UHGV virus genome: UHGV-0242779
DNA length: 44,128 nt
Origin: a virus
Reading direction: 5' to 3' (one strand)
Shown: piece after piece, positions 17,214-26,199 of the stretch
Layout of the letters: each line of letters begins with the position of its first letter
Numbering within the stretch: position 1 is the first letter of the stretch
Program-made: the position numbers and the translations under genes
Notes under the pieces: generated by a model
The model's input: only the letters and a program-made list of their open reading frames with translations
What the model was told of the DNA's origin: nothing
The model's database searches: none

Positions 17214-17378
17214 TTATCTATTGATAAACCACAAATACCGAACTTTCTTACACTTCTCACAGTAAAATTCATGAGCACTCAAAGCAATACGAAATCTGGT
17301 TCCGTGAAATAATACAATTCTTTCTGCCATACAAATAGATTCCGGGTAATGCGTTTTTAGACACTTACTTTTCCGCAT
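17214..17378 (-). CDS. hypothetical small Zn-binding protein
   Basis: RBS GAAGGGGA; C..H ... CEKC. Confidence 0.5.
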   Translation of the reverse strand: MRKSKCLKTHYPESICMAERIVLFHGTRFRIALSAHEFYCEKCKKVRYLWFINR

Positions 17379-17608
17379 TCTGCATCCCCTTCCCATGTGA
17401 TCTTTACTCCAGTCACCGCAATACACCTCGGCTGCCCCGGCACCATTTTAATGATCCCCGCGTCTGCCATCTGCTTGAGATGCAATTGTACACTGCTCGT
17501 GCTCTCCAGCCCTACGCCTTCCCCGATTTCACGTACAGAGGGAGGCCAGCCGTGGGATATGGTGTACTGTACAATGTAATCCCTGATCTGCTCATGACGC
17601 TCTTTCAT
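17357..17608 (-). CDS. LexA N-terminal DNA-binding-domain-only protein
   Basis: GWPPSVREIGEGVGLESTSSVQLHLKQM...G.I....PR matches the LexA winged helix; no S24 peptidase domain. Confidence 0.85.
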   Translation of the reverse strand: MKERHEQIRDYIVQYTISHGWPPSVREIGEGVGLESTSSVQLHLKQMADAGIIKMVPGQPRCIAVTGVKITWEGDAECGKVSV

Positions 17609-18383
17609 GGTCTGCCTTTCCGGCCTCGTGAAGCATCTCAGCTACGGTCTCCGCAAATTTCTTTTTCAGGTCTATATCATTGTCAACAAGTTCTTTACTT
17701 TTGATGCTCCGTTTGCTTCTGGTTTTCTCTCTGTACCTTGCCTCTGCCGCCTCGAAGTCAGCACCATTTTTTCGCATCTCCCGCCATACTGCCGCATAGG
17801 TTGAGCAGCCGTTTGTACTCCTGTCTGCTCTCGCCTCAATAAGTGGTTGAATGATCTCCTGTCTTGTCAACGCAAGTTTTGCAGCTTCCGCCGCCTGAGC
17901 TTTCTCTTCTCGTAATCTGCATTCCTCCTCAAAATTGAAAAGGATTGATTCGAAAAGATTCCTTAACTTCTCGCTCTGTGAAATGGCCTCAAGTGTTGAT
18001 GGTTTTTTATCCGATCTGCCTTTACAGTCTTTTACTTCCTGCGCCAGGCAGACCCCATACTGCCGATCCATCTTAAGATATATTTTCCGCAGCACGGTAT
18101 TTAACGAATCATTCTGCTTCGGATATCTCTTCGCCAGTTCAGTACCTCTTTTATTCATGTTCATTTTCCAGATCATGCACGGGTCCGGCTCCCCTTCCTG
18201 TTTTCTGACCGGCCCTGCTGTCTTCTTTTTTTCCGCCGGAGGCTCCGACTCTGTATTTATCATTTCCTGCAGCTCCCGTAATCTGCCGTCAAAGTATGTA
18301 ATCAATTCCGTTCTGAGTTCCGCAAATTTGGAATCCATGTATACCCTGTCAACAAAGTTTTCGGGATTATATCTCTTTCCCAT
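17592..18383 (-). CDS. hypothetical helical protein downstream of the replication initiator
   Basis: 263-aa ORF overlapping the initiator stop. Confidence 0.6.
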   Translation of the reverse strand: MGKRYNPENFVDRVYMDSKFAELRTELITYFDGRLRELQEMINTESEPPAEKKKTAGPVRKQEGEPDPCMIWKMNMNKRGTELAKRYPKQNDSLNTVLRKIYLKMDRQYGVCLAQEVKDCKGRSDKKPSTLEAISQSEKLRNLFESILFNFEEECRLREEKAQAAEAAKLALTRQEIIQPLIEARADRSTNGCSTYAAVWREMRKNGADFEAAEARYREKTRSKRSIKSKELVDNDIDLKKKFAETVAEMLHEAGKADHERAS

Positions 18384-19170
18384 GTTCACCATCTCCCATA
18401 TTCTGTAGTCCCTGCATTACCAGAGCGTCATAATCAACCTCACGCTGTGGGAACTGCTGGAACTGGTTTGTTTTCTGTTTTCCTGTCCTTCCTTTGTCCT
18501 TCTGCTCAGCTTCTTTCACCGCATTTATCACCCATTTGCGGATTGCCAAATAATGACTCTTTGCTTTATAGCCTTTCATCTCGATATACTCATCAAGAAA
18601 CGTGACTGCTTTTTCCGCCATCCCCTCGCCGTACTCAGCCTGTAGTTTTCCCTTTTCATCATCTGTTAACATAACATGTTTATATTCGCCATATTTGTGT
18701 TTTACTTTAACGTCAGGTGAGGGTGGAGCGTCAGCGGAAGCCGGTATATTATTATTAATCTTATCTATACTAATCTTATCTAATCTAATCTGAGAAGCCG
18801 AAATGGATACAGGCTGTACACATTCTGTATCCAAAGTGTATACGCCGGTCTCTGTCTGGGTCAAAAGTGCCTTTTCTTCGAGGTGGATTGTCTCCTTGTA
18901 GCGGTCCCTCTGGATGTAGTTATGGACCCACCAATGTGTGATTACACAAATCCCTTTTTCCATCTGGATTATGTAATTTTTTGCCACCAGAATCTTATAA
19001 TCATCCTCACTGGCTCCAATGCTACGCATGATCTTTTTTGCATTGTCAAGGAATCCATCGTCATCCGCCCTCATACCAAGATGGAAGTAAAGCGCCTGGG
19101 CTGATTTCGGCATATCCAGGAACATATCGCTGTCAATAATTGCCTTTGAGAACATTCTCTTGTTTGCCAT
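18367..19170 (-). CDS. phage replisome organizer / replication initiator
   Basis: MANKRMFSKAIIDSDMFLDMPKSAQALYFHLGMRADDDGF N-terminus; C-terminal YKAKSHYLAIRKW. Confidence 0.85.
   Translation of the reverse strand: MANKRMFSKAIIDSDMFLDMPKSAQALYFHLGMRADDDGFLDNAKKIMRSIGASEDDYKILVAKNYIIQMEKGICVITHWWVHNYIQRDRYKETIHLEEKALLTQTETGVYTLDTECVQPVSISASQIRLDKISIDKINNNIPASADAPPSPDVKVKHKYGEYKHVMLTDDEKGKLQAEYGEGMAEKAVTFLDEYIEMKGYKAKSHYLAIRKWVINAVKEAEQKDKGRTGKQKTNQFQQFPQREVDYDALVMQGLQNMGDGEHGKEI
18749..18845. other. probable replication origin within the initiator gene
   Basis: AT-rich TAATCTTATCTA repeats next to GGATAC/TGTACA/GTATCC/GTATAC iteron-like repeats. Confidence 0.45.
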
Positions 19171-19172
19171 GT

Positions 19173-19652
19173 CTACACCTCAATTCCTGTTTTTCTGGCG
19201 TTCTGTGCCGGGGTAACGATCCGCAGGTTGTCTTTCCGGTTGTCCGCCCGATTATGGTTGATATGGTCAATCACAAGCCCATCACCGCGATACTGGCCGA
19301 CTAACAGCTCATGCATTCGCATCATTTTTCCGTTTACCCTGGCCTGTGGGTATCCATCTATTCCGATCGACCATGAATGTTTTGACAGCCGGTCTACATC
19401 TTCGGCATCTACGTTAATTTCATCACCCTTGTGGGTACGTATAACATAGCTATTTGTATCCCTCTTTCCGCGTGTCTCCTGCTCTTCCTTCAAGCAGCCA
19501 CAGGACTTTACATTCCCCAGTCTAAGATGCTCTCCTTTGACCAATTTGTCTTTTCCGCAGTTAAGACATTGACACTTCCAGTATCCCTTTCCTGCATATT
19601 CCCGAGCCACCAGAAACCCAAAATGCATACCGCTTAAATCTATATAACTCAA
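19173..19652 (-). CDS. HNH endonuclease
   Basis: N-terminal WKCQCLNCG...SCGC; DHINHNRADNRKDNLR HNH motif. Confidence 0.85.
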   Translation of the reverse strand: MSYIDLSGMHFGFLVAREYAGKGYWKCQCLNCGKDKLVKGEHLRLGNVKSCGCLKEEQETRGKRDTNSYVIRTHKGDEINVDAEDVDRLSKHSWSIGIDGYPQARVNGKMMRMHELLVGQYRGDGLVIDHINHNRADNRKDNLRIVTPAQNARKTGIEV

Positions 19653-19781
19653 TTGTAATTCCTCCTTTGTTCCCCCGCCGCTAGACGAAAGACGGCGGAG
19701 GCAGTACCATGGCAATTATTATGTTCGTGACACATTAATTCTTGCCCCCTATCTAAAGGCTCGTTTCAGAGCCGACAAGGC

Positions 19782-20408
19782 TTATTCTTTATATTTGATA
19801 CCGTATACCTTATATTTCTCTGCAAAGCTGTTAAAACCGGTTGTATGAGCCTCTGTATGATGCACACGGCACAGACATATCTTTCGATGATCCGAATCAT
19901 CAAGCGTCCTGCGATCATTTCCCATCCCGATTGCATCAACATGGTGGACTTCTCCCGGCCTTCCGCAGATAGCGCACTTTTTAAGCTTCAGACATGCATA
20001 CAGGTAATGTCCAATATCATCAGTGCGGTTAAGCGCGAAATCTAATAGCGGTACTCCAGCTTCCAGCGCATAATCCAGTATCGTGTTGATATATTCCCGG
20101 GCCGTATCCATAGAGCAAGATGAGAGCGAAAAGTACTCGCAGCCTGTACGGTAAATATGCAGATACTTAAGCCACTCTTTCATGACTTCCGGCATCTCTC
20201 CTGTGAAAGCTGCAATGTCGTTAATCGTTGCGTATGCTTTCTTCCGCTGCTCTGCGCTTATGTGCCGTCCATCGTCAAGCCAGACGTTACATGTCCGCAT
20301 GTGCTTTTCCTCCAGCGGACCCATAAGGTTTTTACCTGGAATGAACACCTGCAAATACGTCCCTTCCTCTACTGGCTTGTAAGCCGTTATATGTGCAAAT
20401 TCATACAT
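19782..20408 (-). CDS. putative HNHc nuclease (DUF968-like)
   Basis: ISAEQRKKAYA; CAICG..EVHH...LCRVHHTEAH. Confidence 0.75.
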   Translation of the reverse strand: MYEFAHITAYKPVEEGTYLQVFIPGKNLMGPLEEKHMRTCNVWLDDGRHISAEQRKKAYATINDIAAFTGEMPEVMKEWLKYLHIYRTGCEYFSLSSCSMDTAREYINTILDYALEAGVPLLDFALNRTDDIGHYLYACLKLKKCAICGRPGEVHHVDAIGMGNDRRTLDDSDHRKICLCRVHHTEAHTTGFNSFAEKYKVYGIKYKE

Positions 20409-20420
20409 GCCATCACCCCA

Positions 20421-21068
20421 CTAATTAAACGGTAATCCATTATCATCTGGCGGCGATAATTGTTTCATTTCATCGTCTGAGACTGGAGGTGGTATCTTCT
20501 CTTTATCCGGCTTCGATTTAAGCACCTTTACAGCTTCGCTATACTGGTCAGCCTCCATCTCCTCCAGAGTCTTAAGACCATAGTTCTTTAAAAGCCCCTT
20601 TATTCCAACGCCTGTTCTTTTCAGCTCCTCTATAATTTCGTTTCGCTGGTCCTCATTGATTTTCCCGTTGGAGTCAGCATCTTTGTTATCATCGATACAG
20701 AACAGGCCATTAAGCGCATATTTTCGGGCGTAACTGCTTGTACTTCCAGTTATTTGAGAAGCGTCCATGCCCTTCTTTTCTTCCTCTTCCCGTGCATATG
20801 CCTTATTGGTAATTTCGGCCCCGGTCTCGCAATCAACAAATTTTGCAATGCCCTTAACATAATACCGGTCCCCTATCTGCTCTATCTCATCGTTGAGGAA
20901 AAGCACAGCATTCACAGATTTTAAAAGCGGTTTTACGGCCTCCTGTATGTCCTCGCAGTTACGATAATAATATTTCCCAAAGAGATTATACTGGCTTTTC
21001 GGTACTTTGAGTTCCTGCTGTACTTTCAGCAACTTCTCATACACATTCATTACACGGCTATCGCCCAT
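20421..21068 (-). CDS. ERF-family single-strand annealing protein
   Basis: LKVPKSQYNLFGKYYYRNCEDI; QITGSTSSYARKYALNGLFCIDD. Confidence 0.9.
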   Translation of the reverse strand: MGDSRVMNVYEKLLKVQQELKVPKSQYNLFGKYYYRNCEDIQEAVKPLLKSVNAVLFLNDEIEQIGDRYYVKGIAKFVDCETGAEITNKAYAREEEEKKGMDASQITGSTSSYARKYALNGLFCIDDNKDADSNGKINEDQRNEIIEELKRTGVGIKGLLKNYGLKTLEEMEADQYSEAVKVLKSKPDKEKIPPPVSDDEMKQLSPPDDNGLPFN

Positions 21069-21964
21069 TACACATCTTTCCTCTCAAAATACAGTCCCAG
21101 ACTGTTGAGCGCAGTTTCCAGTTCTTCCAGTTCCGATTCAGTACCGAGAACCGTATATATAACTTTTTTTGCTTCCGGTGCAACCGGCCAGACTCCGGCA
21201 AGTGATTCATCAACAGATTTCAACTCATCTACCGTCTCCCGGCGCGTCTCTTCTCTGATCTGCTGTTCCTGAGCTACCCGCTCACGTTCCTCACGGCGGA
21301 TTCTCTCGATTTCAAGATCACGTTTTTTCTCTTCCTCTCTGCGGAGGATTTCGAGACGCTGGGATTCGTAATTGTTGATATATCTAACAGCGTTCGCAAG
21401 ACTCAGGTCACGCTTGTACATTTCAAGCGCCTTCGGAACCACTTCGGAATCCATATTTTTAATGGTCGTAACTTCTTCGTATACCTTTCCGATCAGCTCG
21501 ATCATAGCCTTTTTAACTGCCGGTAGCTTTACAGAAGAATTTTCCCATTTTGTATCATAAATTTTCTCGAGGGAAAGATATTCCTGCATCTCCCCGATCA
21601 CACTGTCATATAATGCCTGGATATCTTCCTTTCTTTTTGCCACCCTGACAGCCTCCATTTCCTTAAGCTGGCTGTCGATAAGGTTTACTGGCTTGTCCAC
21701 GATCTCCAGAAGGCCGTCAACGCGCACTTTAAAAGCATCGTACGGCTTCATCCACTCTGCCTTAACCTGTTTCCGGCTGTCTTCGATCTCTTTTCTCAGC
21801 TTACGCAGATTTACGAGTTCGCCTTTCGCCGTGGTTCTTGACTCTTCCGTGAAAACGGCACCTTCGTACTCAGCCAGCTTCTCCCGCAGGCCATTTTCCA
21901 GTTCTTCAAAATTGACTTTTATAATTCCGTTGGTCTGTGCAACCTCAAATTTTAATCCCTGCAT
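21068..21964 (-). CDS. DUF1351-like coiled-coil protein
   Basis: NFEEL...AK...LRKLRKEIEDSRKQVK..WMKPYD pattern; upstream of ERF. Confidence 0.7.
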   Translation of the reverse strand: MQGLKFEVAQTNGIIKVNFEELENGLREKLAEYEGAVFTEESRTTAKGELVNLRKLRKEIEDSRKQVKAEWMKPYDAFKVRVDGLLEIVDKPVNLIDSQLKEMEAVRVAKRKEDIQALYDSVIGEMQEYLSLEKIYDTKWENSSVKLPAVKKAMIELIGKVYEEVTTIKNMDSEVVPKALEMYKRDLSLANAVRYINNYESQRLEILRREEEKKRDLEIERIRREERERVAQEQQIREETRRETVDELKSVDESLAGVWPVAPEAKKVIYTVLGTESELEELETALNSLGLYFERKDV

Positions 21965-22122
21965 AATAGCAATTCCTCCATATTCATTTCATATTGGTTC
22001 CCGTTCAGGCGTATTCTCTTTGTGATCCTGTGCCGCTGGTCTGCTTTCCGCTGGCACTCATCACATGTTCGACCCTCTCCCGGATCGAGATAGCAACCAC
22101 ATGCATCACATTGATATCTCAT
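21952..22122 (-). CDS. small Zn-ribbon protein (not in ORF track)
   Basis: MRYQCDACGCYLDPGEGRTCDEC..., 56 aa, overlaps neighbours. Confidence 0.6.
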   Translation of the reverse strand: MRYQCDACGCYLDPGEGRTCDECQRKADQRHRITKRIRLNGNQYEMNMEELLLCRD

Positions 22123-22313
22123 TTTTCATCACCCTCTTGATTTTCTGCGGTCCGCATGGTATCATGGGCTTGTAAAGTTTTTTCTTGATTGCCGCTGTGA
22201 GTTCGCACCTCGCGCGGCTTTTTTCTTCCCTTGCCGTTTCCCCAACCATACGAATTCCAACCGCCGGCCGCGGCCGCTCTGTATGTACCGTTCTTACGCT
22301 TGCTCAACGCCAT
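22119..22313 (-). CDS. hypothetical basic protein
   Basis: ATG coupled to the upstream TGA; MALSKRKNG. Confidence 0.45.
   Translation of the reverse strand: MALSKRKNGTYRAAAAGGWNSYGWGNGKGRKKPREVRTHSGNQEKTLQAHDTMRTAENQEGDEK
22137..22224 (+). ncRNA. candidate antisense sRNA in the early lytic operon
   Basis: TTGATT-N17-TATCAT with TG extension, then GCCGC...GCGGC+T6 terminator about 50 nt downstream. Confidence 0.5.
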
Positions 22314-22468
22314 CACCTCCTCACCAGACATAATATAATAGCTACCAGCGCTGCGATCACCACGGCCTCGATCTGCGCCGCTGTCCTGTAGCTTCTCCGG
22401 CCCTCATATGCCTCATGGAACATACGGTTCCAGTATCGGGCACTGAAGCCTGCAAAGTAGTTATGCAT
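22313..22468 (-). CDS. small membrane protein (not in ORF track)
   Basis: 51 aa, RBS GGAGGTGA, C-terminal hydrophobic helix VVIAALVAIILCLV. Confidence 0.55.
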   Translation of the reverse strand: MHNYFAGFSARYWNRMFHEAYEGRRSYRTAAQIEAVVIAALVAIILCLVRR

Positions 22469-22658
22469 GTTCATCACCTCCTTCAACTGGATAAGACTGT
22501 ATAAAACGTTCCAGATCAGTTCCTCGAACTTTAATCGACCCCAGAACTAGATGTGGAAGCTCTCCTGATTTGATGAGATTATAAACAATCCCCTTATTAA
22601 CCTTCAGTATCTCACTGGTTTCTTTTACTGTGTAAAGAGGTTTGTAAGGTTCTACCAT
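22461..22658 (-). CDS. xis: excisionase-like HTH_17 protein
   Basis: LYTVKETSEILKVNKGIVYNLIKSGELP. Confidence 0.75.
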   Translation of the reverse strand: MVEPYKPLYTVKETSEILKVNKGIVYNLIKSGELPHLVLGSIKVRGTDLERFIQSYPVEGGDEHA

Positions 22659-22678
22659 GAATTTCACCTCCTTGATTT

Positions 22679-22882
22679 TCAATGTTCTGGTTCTTCACTT
22701 TCGGCAAAATATTCCACCGGAACGTCAAAATACTTTGCAATTACAAGTAGCTTATCAAACTTAGGTTTACTTCTCCCATTTTTCCAGTCAGTAAATGTAG
22801 ATTTCGTAATTCCAGTGCATTCCGCTACTCTGTAATCAGTCACTCCCTTTTCATTACGCAATGTTACATATTTCTCGTACAT
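22679..22882 (-). CDS. Cro-like XRE HTH regulator
   Basis: HTH; divergent from the repressor. Confidence 0.85.
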   Translation of the reverse strand: MYEKYVTLRNEKGVTDYRVAECTGITKSTFTDWKNGRSKPKFDKLLVIAKYFDVPVEYFAESEEPEH

Positions 22883-22897
22883 TAAATTTTTTCCTCC

Positions 22898-23055
22898 TTT
22901 CCGAACTTTACTATTGATTTTAGTTCGGAAATCAGTTACAATATATTTACCAGATAAATTGTATAAAGCATGGCTTGTTTTGATTTCCGAACTTTGTATT
23001 TAGTATAAAACGGATATCAGAACTTGTCAATACTTTTTGTACGGATTTTAAAACT
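22898..23055. promoter_or_regulatory. lysis/lysogeny switch with repeated operator half-sites
   Basis: TTTCCGAACT 22898, AGTTCGGAAATC 22922, GATTTCCGAACT 22982, CGGATATCAGAACT 23011, CGGATTTTAAAACT 23042. Confidence 0.7.
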
Positions 23056-23077
23056 TTTTTTAAATTGAGGTGTATCT

Positions 23078-23503
23078 ATGTATGAAATTTATTGCAAGTT
23101 ACGTGATGAACGCGGTGTAAAAGATTCTGACGTTGTAAAGGGTACAGGAATAACAAAATCAACGTTTTCAGATTGGAAAACCGGTAGGAGTAAACCCAAA
23201 AACGAAAAGCTTCAAAAAATCGCTGACTATTTCGGTGTTACTGTAGACTACTTAATGACTGGAAAAGAGGAAGGAACTGCTACTAATTCTGAATTAACAG
23301 CAAAAGATGAACGCGAAATCGGAAAGGATTTAGATCGTATTATGGATGAAATCGAAAAAGATATAGATGGACCTCTTTTCTATAATGGAGAGCCAATTGA
23401 CGAAGAATCTCTCAAATTATTGAGAAATGCTTTAGAATTGGGATTAAGAGAACTCAAAAAAGAAAATAAAGTAAAATACGGCCGCAAAAAGAAAAAGGAC
23501 TGA
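23078..23503 (+). CDS. CI/ImmR-like XRE repressor
   Basis: N-terminal HTH; followed by an ImmA-like protease. Confidence 0.88.
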   Translation: MYEIYCKLRDERGVKDSDVVKGTGITKSTFSDWKTGRSKPKNEKLQKIADYFGVTVDYLMTGKEEGTATNSELTAKDEREIGKDLDRIMDEIEKDIDGPLFYNGEPIDEESLKLLRNALELGLRELKKENKVKYGRKKKKD

Positions 23504-23523
23504 CCAAAAAGCTGGTGATTTGA

Positions 23524-23955
23524 TTGAAAGCAAAAATCGAAAAATTAATAAAGTTCTACGAAAGAAAATATAGAACCCGTGATCCTTTTGAAATTGCGAG
23601 ATGCCTGAGAATCAAAGTCTTTTATGTGCCACTTGGAAATATAGCCGGATACTATAAATACATGAAACATAATCGCTGTATCTATATGAATAGTGAAATT
23701 GAGGATGAGACTTTTCGCAGAGTTGTTATGGCTCATGAGCTCGGCCATGCTGTATTACATATGAAAGATAATTGTACTTTCATGAAGGGATATACCTTGC
23801 TTCTTACTTCAAAGGTAGAAAAGCAAGCGAATTTATTTGCAGCTCATCTCCTTATTACTGATGAAATGCTCCACGAATTTGAAAATTTCACCTGGGAGCA
23901 ATTCTGTGATTGCACAGGTTTCCCGGAACAATTACTGAAATTGAGACTAAATTAA
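23524..23955 (+). CDS. ImmA/IrrE-family metallopeptidase (antirepressor)
   Basis: AHELGHAVLH HExxH and E.QAN.FAA. Confidence 0.9.
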   Translation: MKAKIEKLIKFYERKYRTRDPFEIARCLRIKVFYVPLGNIAGYYKYMKHNRCIYMNSEIEDETFRRVVMAHELGHAVLHMKDNCTFMKGYTLLLTSKVEKQANLFAAHLLITDEMLHEFENFTWEQFCDCTGFPEQLLKLRLN

Positions 23956-24111
23956 AAGCCCCAGCGCGCCAACGCCAGAGCTTTTCACATAGATTACTAT
24001 ACAGACTGTCAAGCCGGTACAATATGATCTCAACACCCATATTATACCATCAATTCTGACACCTGTATAGGTGTTATTTTTATACCTAAATTTAATGAAA
24101 GGATTGATAGA

Positions 24112-25317
24112 ATGGGAGAATTACGAACACGAAAACGCGGTAAAACCTGGGAATGGTCCTTTGAAGGAGCCAAAATTGGCGGGAAGCGAAACCCGATCAG
24201 TAAAGGAGGGTACCGGACAAAGGGTGAGGCTCTTACTGCCGGTACGCAAGCAAAGGCTGAATATGACAACGCAGGCCGAACATTTCAACCGAAAGATATA
24301 AGTGTATCTGATTATCTGGACTATTGGTATGAAAATTATGTAGTTACAAATCTGGCGCACAATACGCAGATCGATTATGCCGGCAAAATCAGGATACATT
24401 TAAAGCCGGTCTTTGGAAAATACCGCCTTGCATCACTGGAGCCGGACGTGATCCAGTTATGGGTAGATGGCATGAAGCGCCAGGGATACTCTCGCAACAT
24501 GGTTGAAAACACATTGTCCTGTCTGTCTGGCGCTCTTAAATATGCAGTACGGCCGTGCAAATACATCAAGTACAATCCATGTACTGACGTCGTTATTCCT
24601 AAAATTAAAACACCTCCCCACCAGAAGGAACATACCGAGTACATCTGCGGGAAAGAGGATTTTGCTGCTATCATCGACCGCTTTGGACCCGACAGTAATT
24701 TTTATCTTCCTCTCATGACCGGTTACCACTGCGGAACGCGGATAGGTGAGACTTACAGCATTGATTTGCTGCATGATGTAGATTTCGATAAACACACAAT
24801 CTGTATCCGCCACCAGCTTTCAAACGAAAACAGGAAATGGTATTATCGCCCGCCAAAATATGATTCCGTCAGGACTATCAAAATTCTGCCGGTCTATGAA
24901 GAGATACTTAAAACCGAGATTCATAACCGGAAAAAGACTATGCTCCGTTATGGCCAGTACTTTACTAAAACCTATCTGATGCAGGATGGGCTGATTTTCC
25001 AGGCGCCGGCAAATGTACAGATAATTGGGAAAGAGATCATGCCAATCAGCGTAAAAGAAAACGGCGAACTTCTCACTCCATATTCTTTCAAATACTGTGC
25101 GAAAGTTATCCATGAGGAACTGGGAAACCCTCTCTTTCACAGCCATTGTCTCCGACACACCCATGGCACAATTCTGGCGGAAAATGGTGCTCAACCTAAG
25201 ACCGTAATGGAGCGTCTGGGACACAAAGACATCAAGACAACCATAGAACGGTATGTTTTCAATACTGATAAAATGCAGGATAATGCCATGGACATTCTGT
25301 CGCGTGTTATATCTTAA
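24112..25317 (+). CDS. int: phage integrase (tyrosine recombinase)
   Basis: arm-binding N-terminus; CGTRIGE, HCLRHTH, ERLGH, catalytic Y. Confidence 0.95.
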   Translation: MGELRTRKRGKTWEWSFEGAKIGGKRNPISKGGYRTKGEALTAGTQAKAEYDNAGRTFQPKDISVSDYLDYWYENYVVTNLAHNTQIDYAGKIRIHLKPVFGKYRLASLEPDVIQLWVDGMKRQGYSRNMVENTLSCLSGALKYAVRPCKYIKYNPCTDVVIPKIKTPPHQKEHTEYICGKEDFAAIIDRFGPDSNFYLPLMTGYHCGTRIGETYSIDLLHDVDFDKHTICIRHQLSNENRKWYYRPPKYDSVRTIKILPVYEEILKTEIHNRKKTMLRYGQYFTKTYLMQDGLIFQAPANVQIIGKEIMPISVKENGELLTPYSFKYCAKVIHEELGNPLFHSHCLRHTHGTILAENGAQPKTVMERLGHKDIKTTIERYVFNTDKMQDNAMDILSRVIS

Positions 25318-25320
25318 TCC

Positions 25321-25608
25321 TGCCTACCATTTAAAAAAGCGTAGGCAATTGGTAGGCAGGGATACATTTTTATTATACCAGATCACTGATAAACCCTTAT
25401 TTTATCTGGGAAAGCAAAGCCACTGTTTCAACGTGTGTGGAATGCGGACTGTTAAAACCTCGCTATACTTTATTGTATTATACAGTACTTTATTGATTTT
25501 AGAAATGCTATAAAATAAAGAATCATTATCCTATATAGTATTTTTTCATACTTTAGTGTTTTATATAAGAATTTATAGGCGGTTGGCAAATCGTTGGCAT
25601 TGCCTACC
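25321..25608. mobile_element. attP with integrase arm-type repeats
   Basis: TGCCTACC 25321, GTAGGCA 25341, GGTAGGCA 25351, GTTGGCA 25582 and 25593, TGCCTACC 25601 flanking the core. Confidence 0.8.
25397..25447 (-). other. attP core: replacement 3' end of rlmD/rumA (23S rRNA m5U methyltransferase)
   Basis: minus strand reads PHSTHVETVALLSQIK*, matching the FPHTxHVETVALL C-terminus of RlmD. Confidence 0.8.
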
Positions 25609-25627
25609 TTAACATAAAAACGGGGCC

Positions 25628-25798
25628 TTAATGGCCTCGTTTTCGTTTTTTATCAATATGTTCGAAAAAGTTTGTAAGTAATTTTTGTTCTTTCTCTCCA
25701 TCCTTAATAGCAAAAATGGTTGTTCTAAGTTTCTCGAATTCCTCCTCTTCCATATTTGTGATTTCGTAGAAAATTTCTACTATCCTTCTTTTGTCCAT
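25628..25798 (-). CDS. hypothetical 56-aa protein (not in ORF track)
   Basis: RBS GAAGGGGG; MDKRRIVEIFYEITNMEEEEF. Confidence 0.55.
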   Translation of the reverse strand: MDKRRIVEIFYEITNMEEEEFEKLRTTIFAIKDGEKEQKLLTNFFEHIDKKRKRGH

Positions 25799-25886
25799 GG
25801 AATATCCCCCTTCGATTTTTGTTATACTTATTAATCGAAATAAAATTTCAAAACTTACGTTTTGTCCCGAAACTGGGACACTTTTT

Positions 25887-26084
25887 TTATTTGTAGCGAG
25901 ATTCGTATAAATCTGTGATTCTTATATGTAATCCCTTCGCTATTTTTTCCAGATCACTAAGTGTAGGACTTATCTCTCCTCTACTTATACGTGACAGCAC
26001 TGATCTGGGAACTCCAGTCATATGTTCCACTTGCCGAAGGGACAACTCATTTTCTAACATTATTTTCTTCAGCAATATTTTCAT
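25887..26084 (-). CDS. XRE-family HTH regulator
   Basis: LSLRQVEHMTGVPRSVLSRISRGEISPTLSDLEKIA; palindrome TGTCCC-N6-GGGACA at 25863-25880 just downstream. Confidence 0.85.
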   Translation of the reverse strand: MKILLKKIMLENELSLRQVEHMTGVPRSVLSRISRGEISPTLSDLEKIAKGLHIRITDLYESRYK

Positions 26085-26199
26085 AACGCAATCATACCAC
26101 TGGAAAGGTTAGTGTTTTTCTGGTAAAATCTTCCTGCATTGGATACAGCCGCCGAATTATGCTAAAATAGCAATATAACTTTCCGTAAAGGCCATAAGC

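Noticed and set aside
25424..25440. TGTTTCAACGTGTGTGG resembling a parS site
   Set aside because: Poor palindrome; explained by the HVET codons of the rlmD att core.
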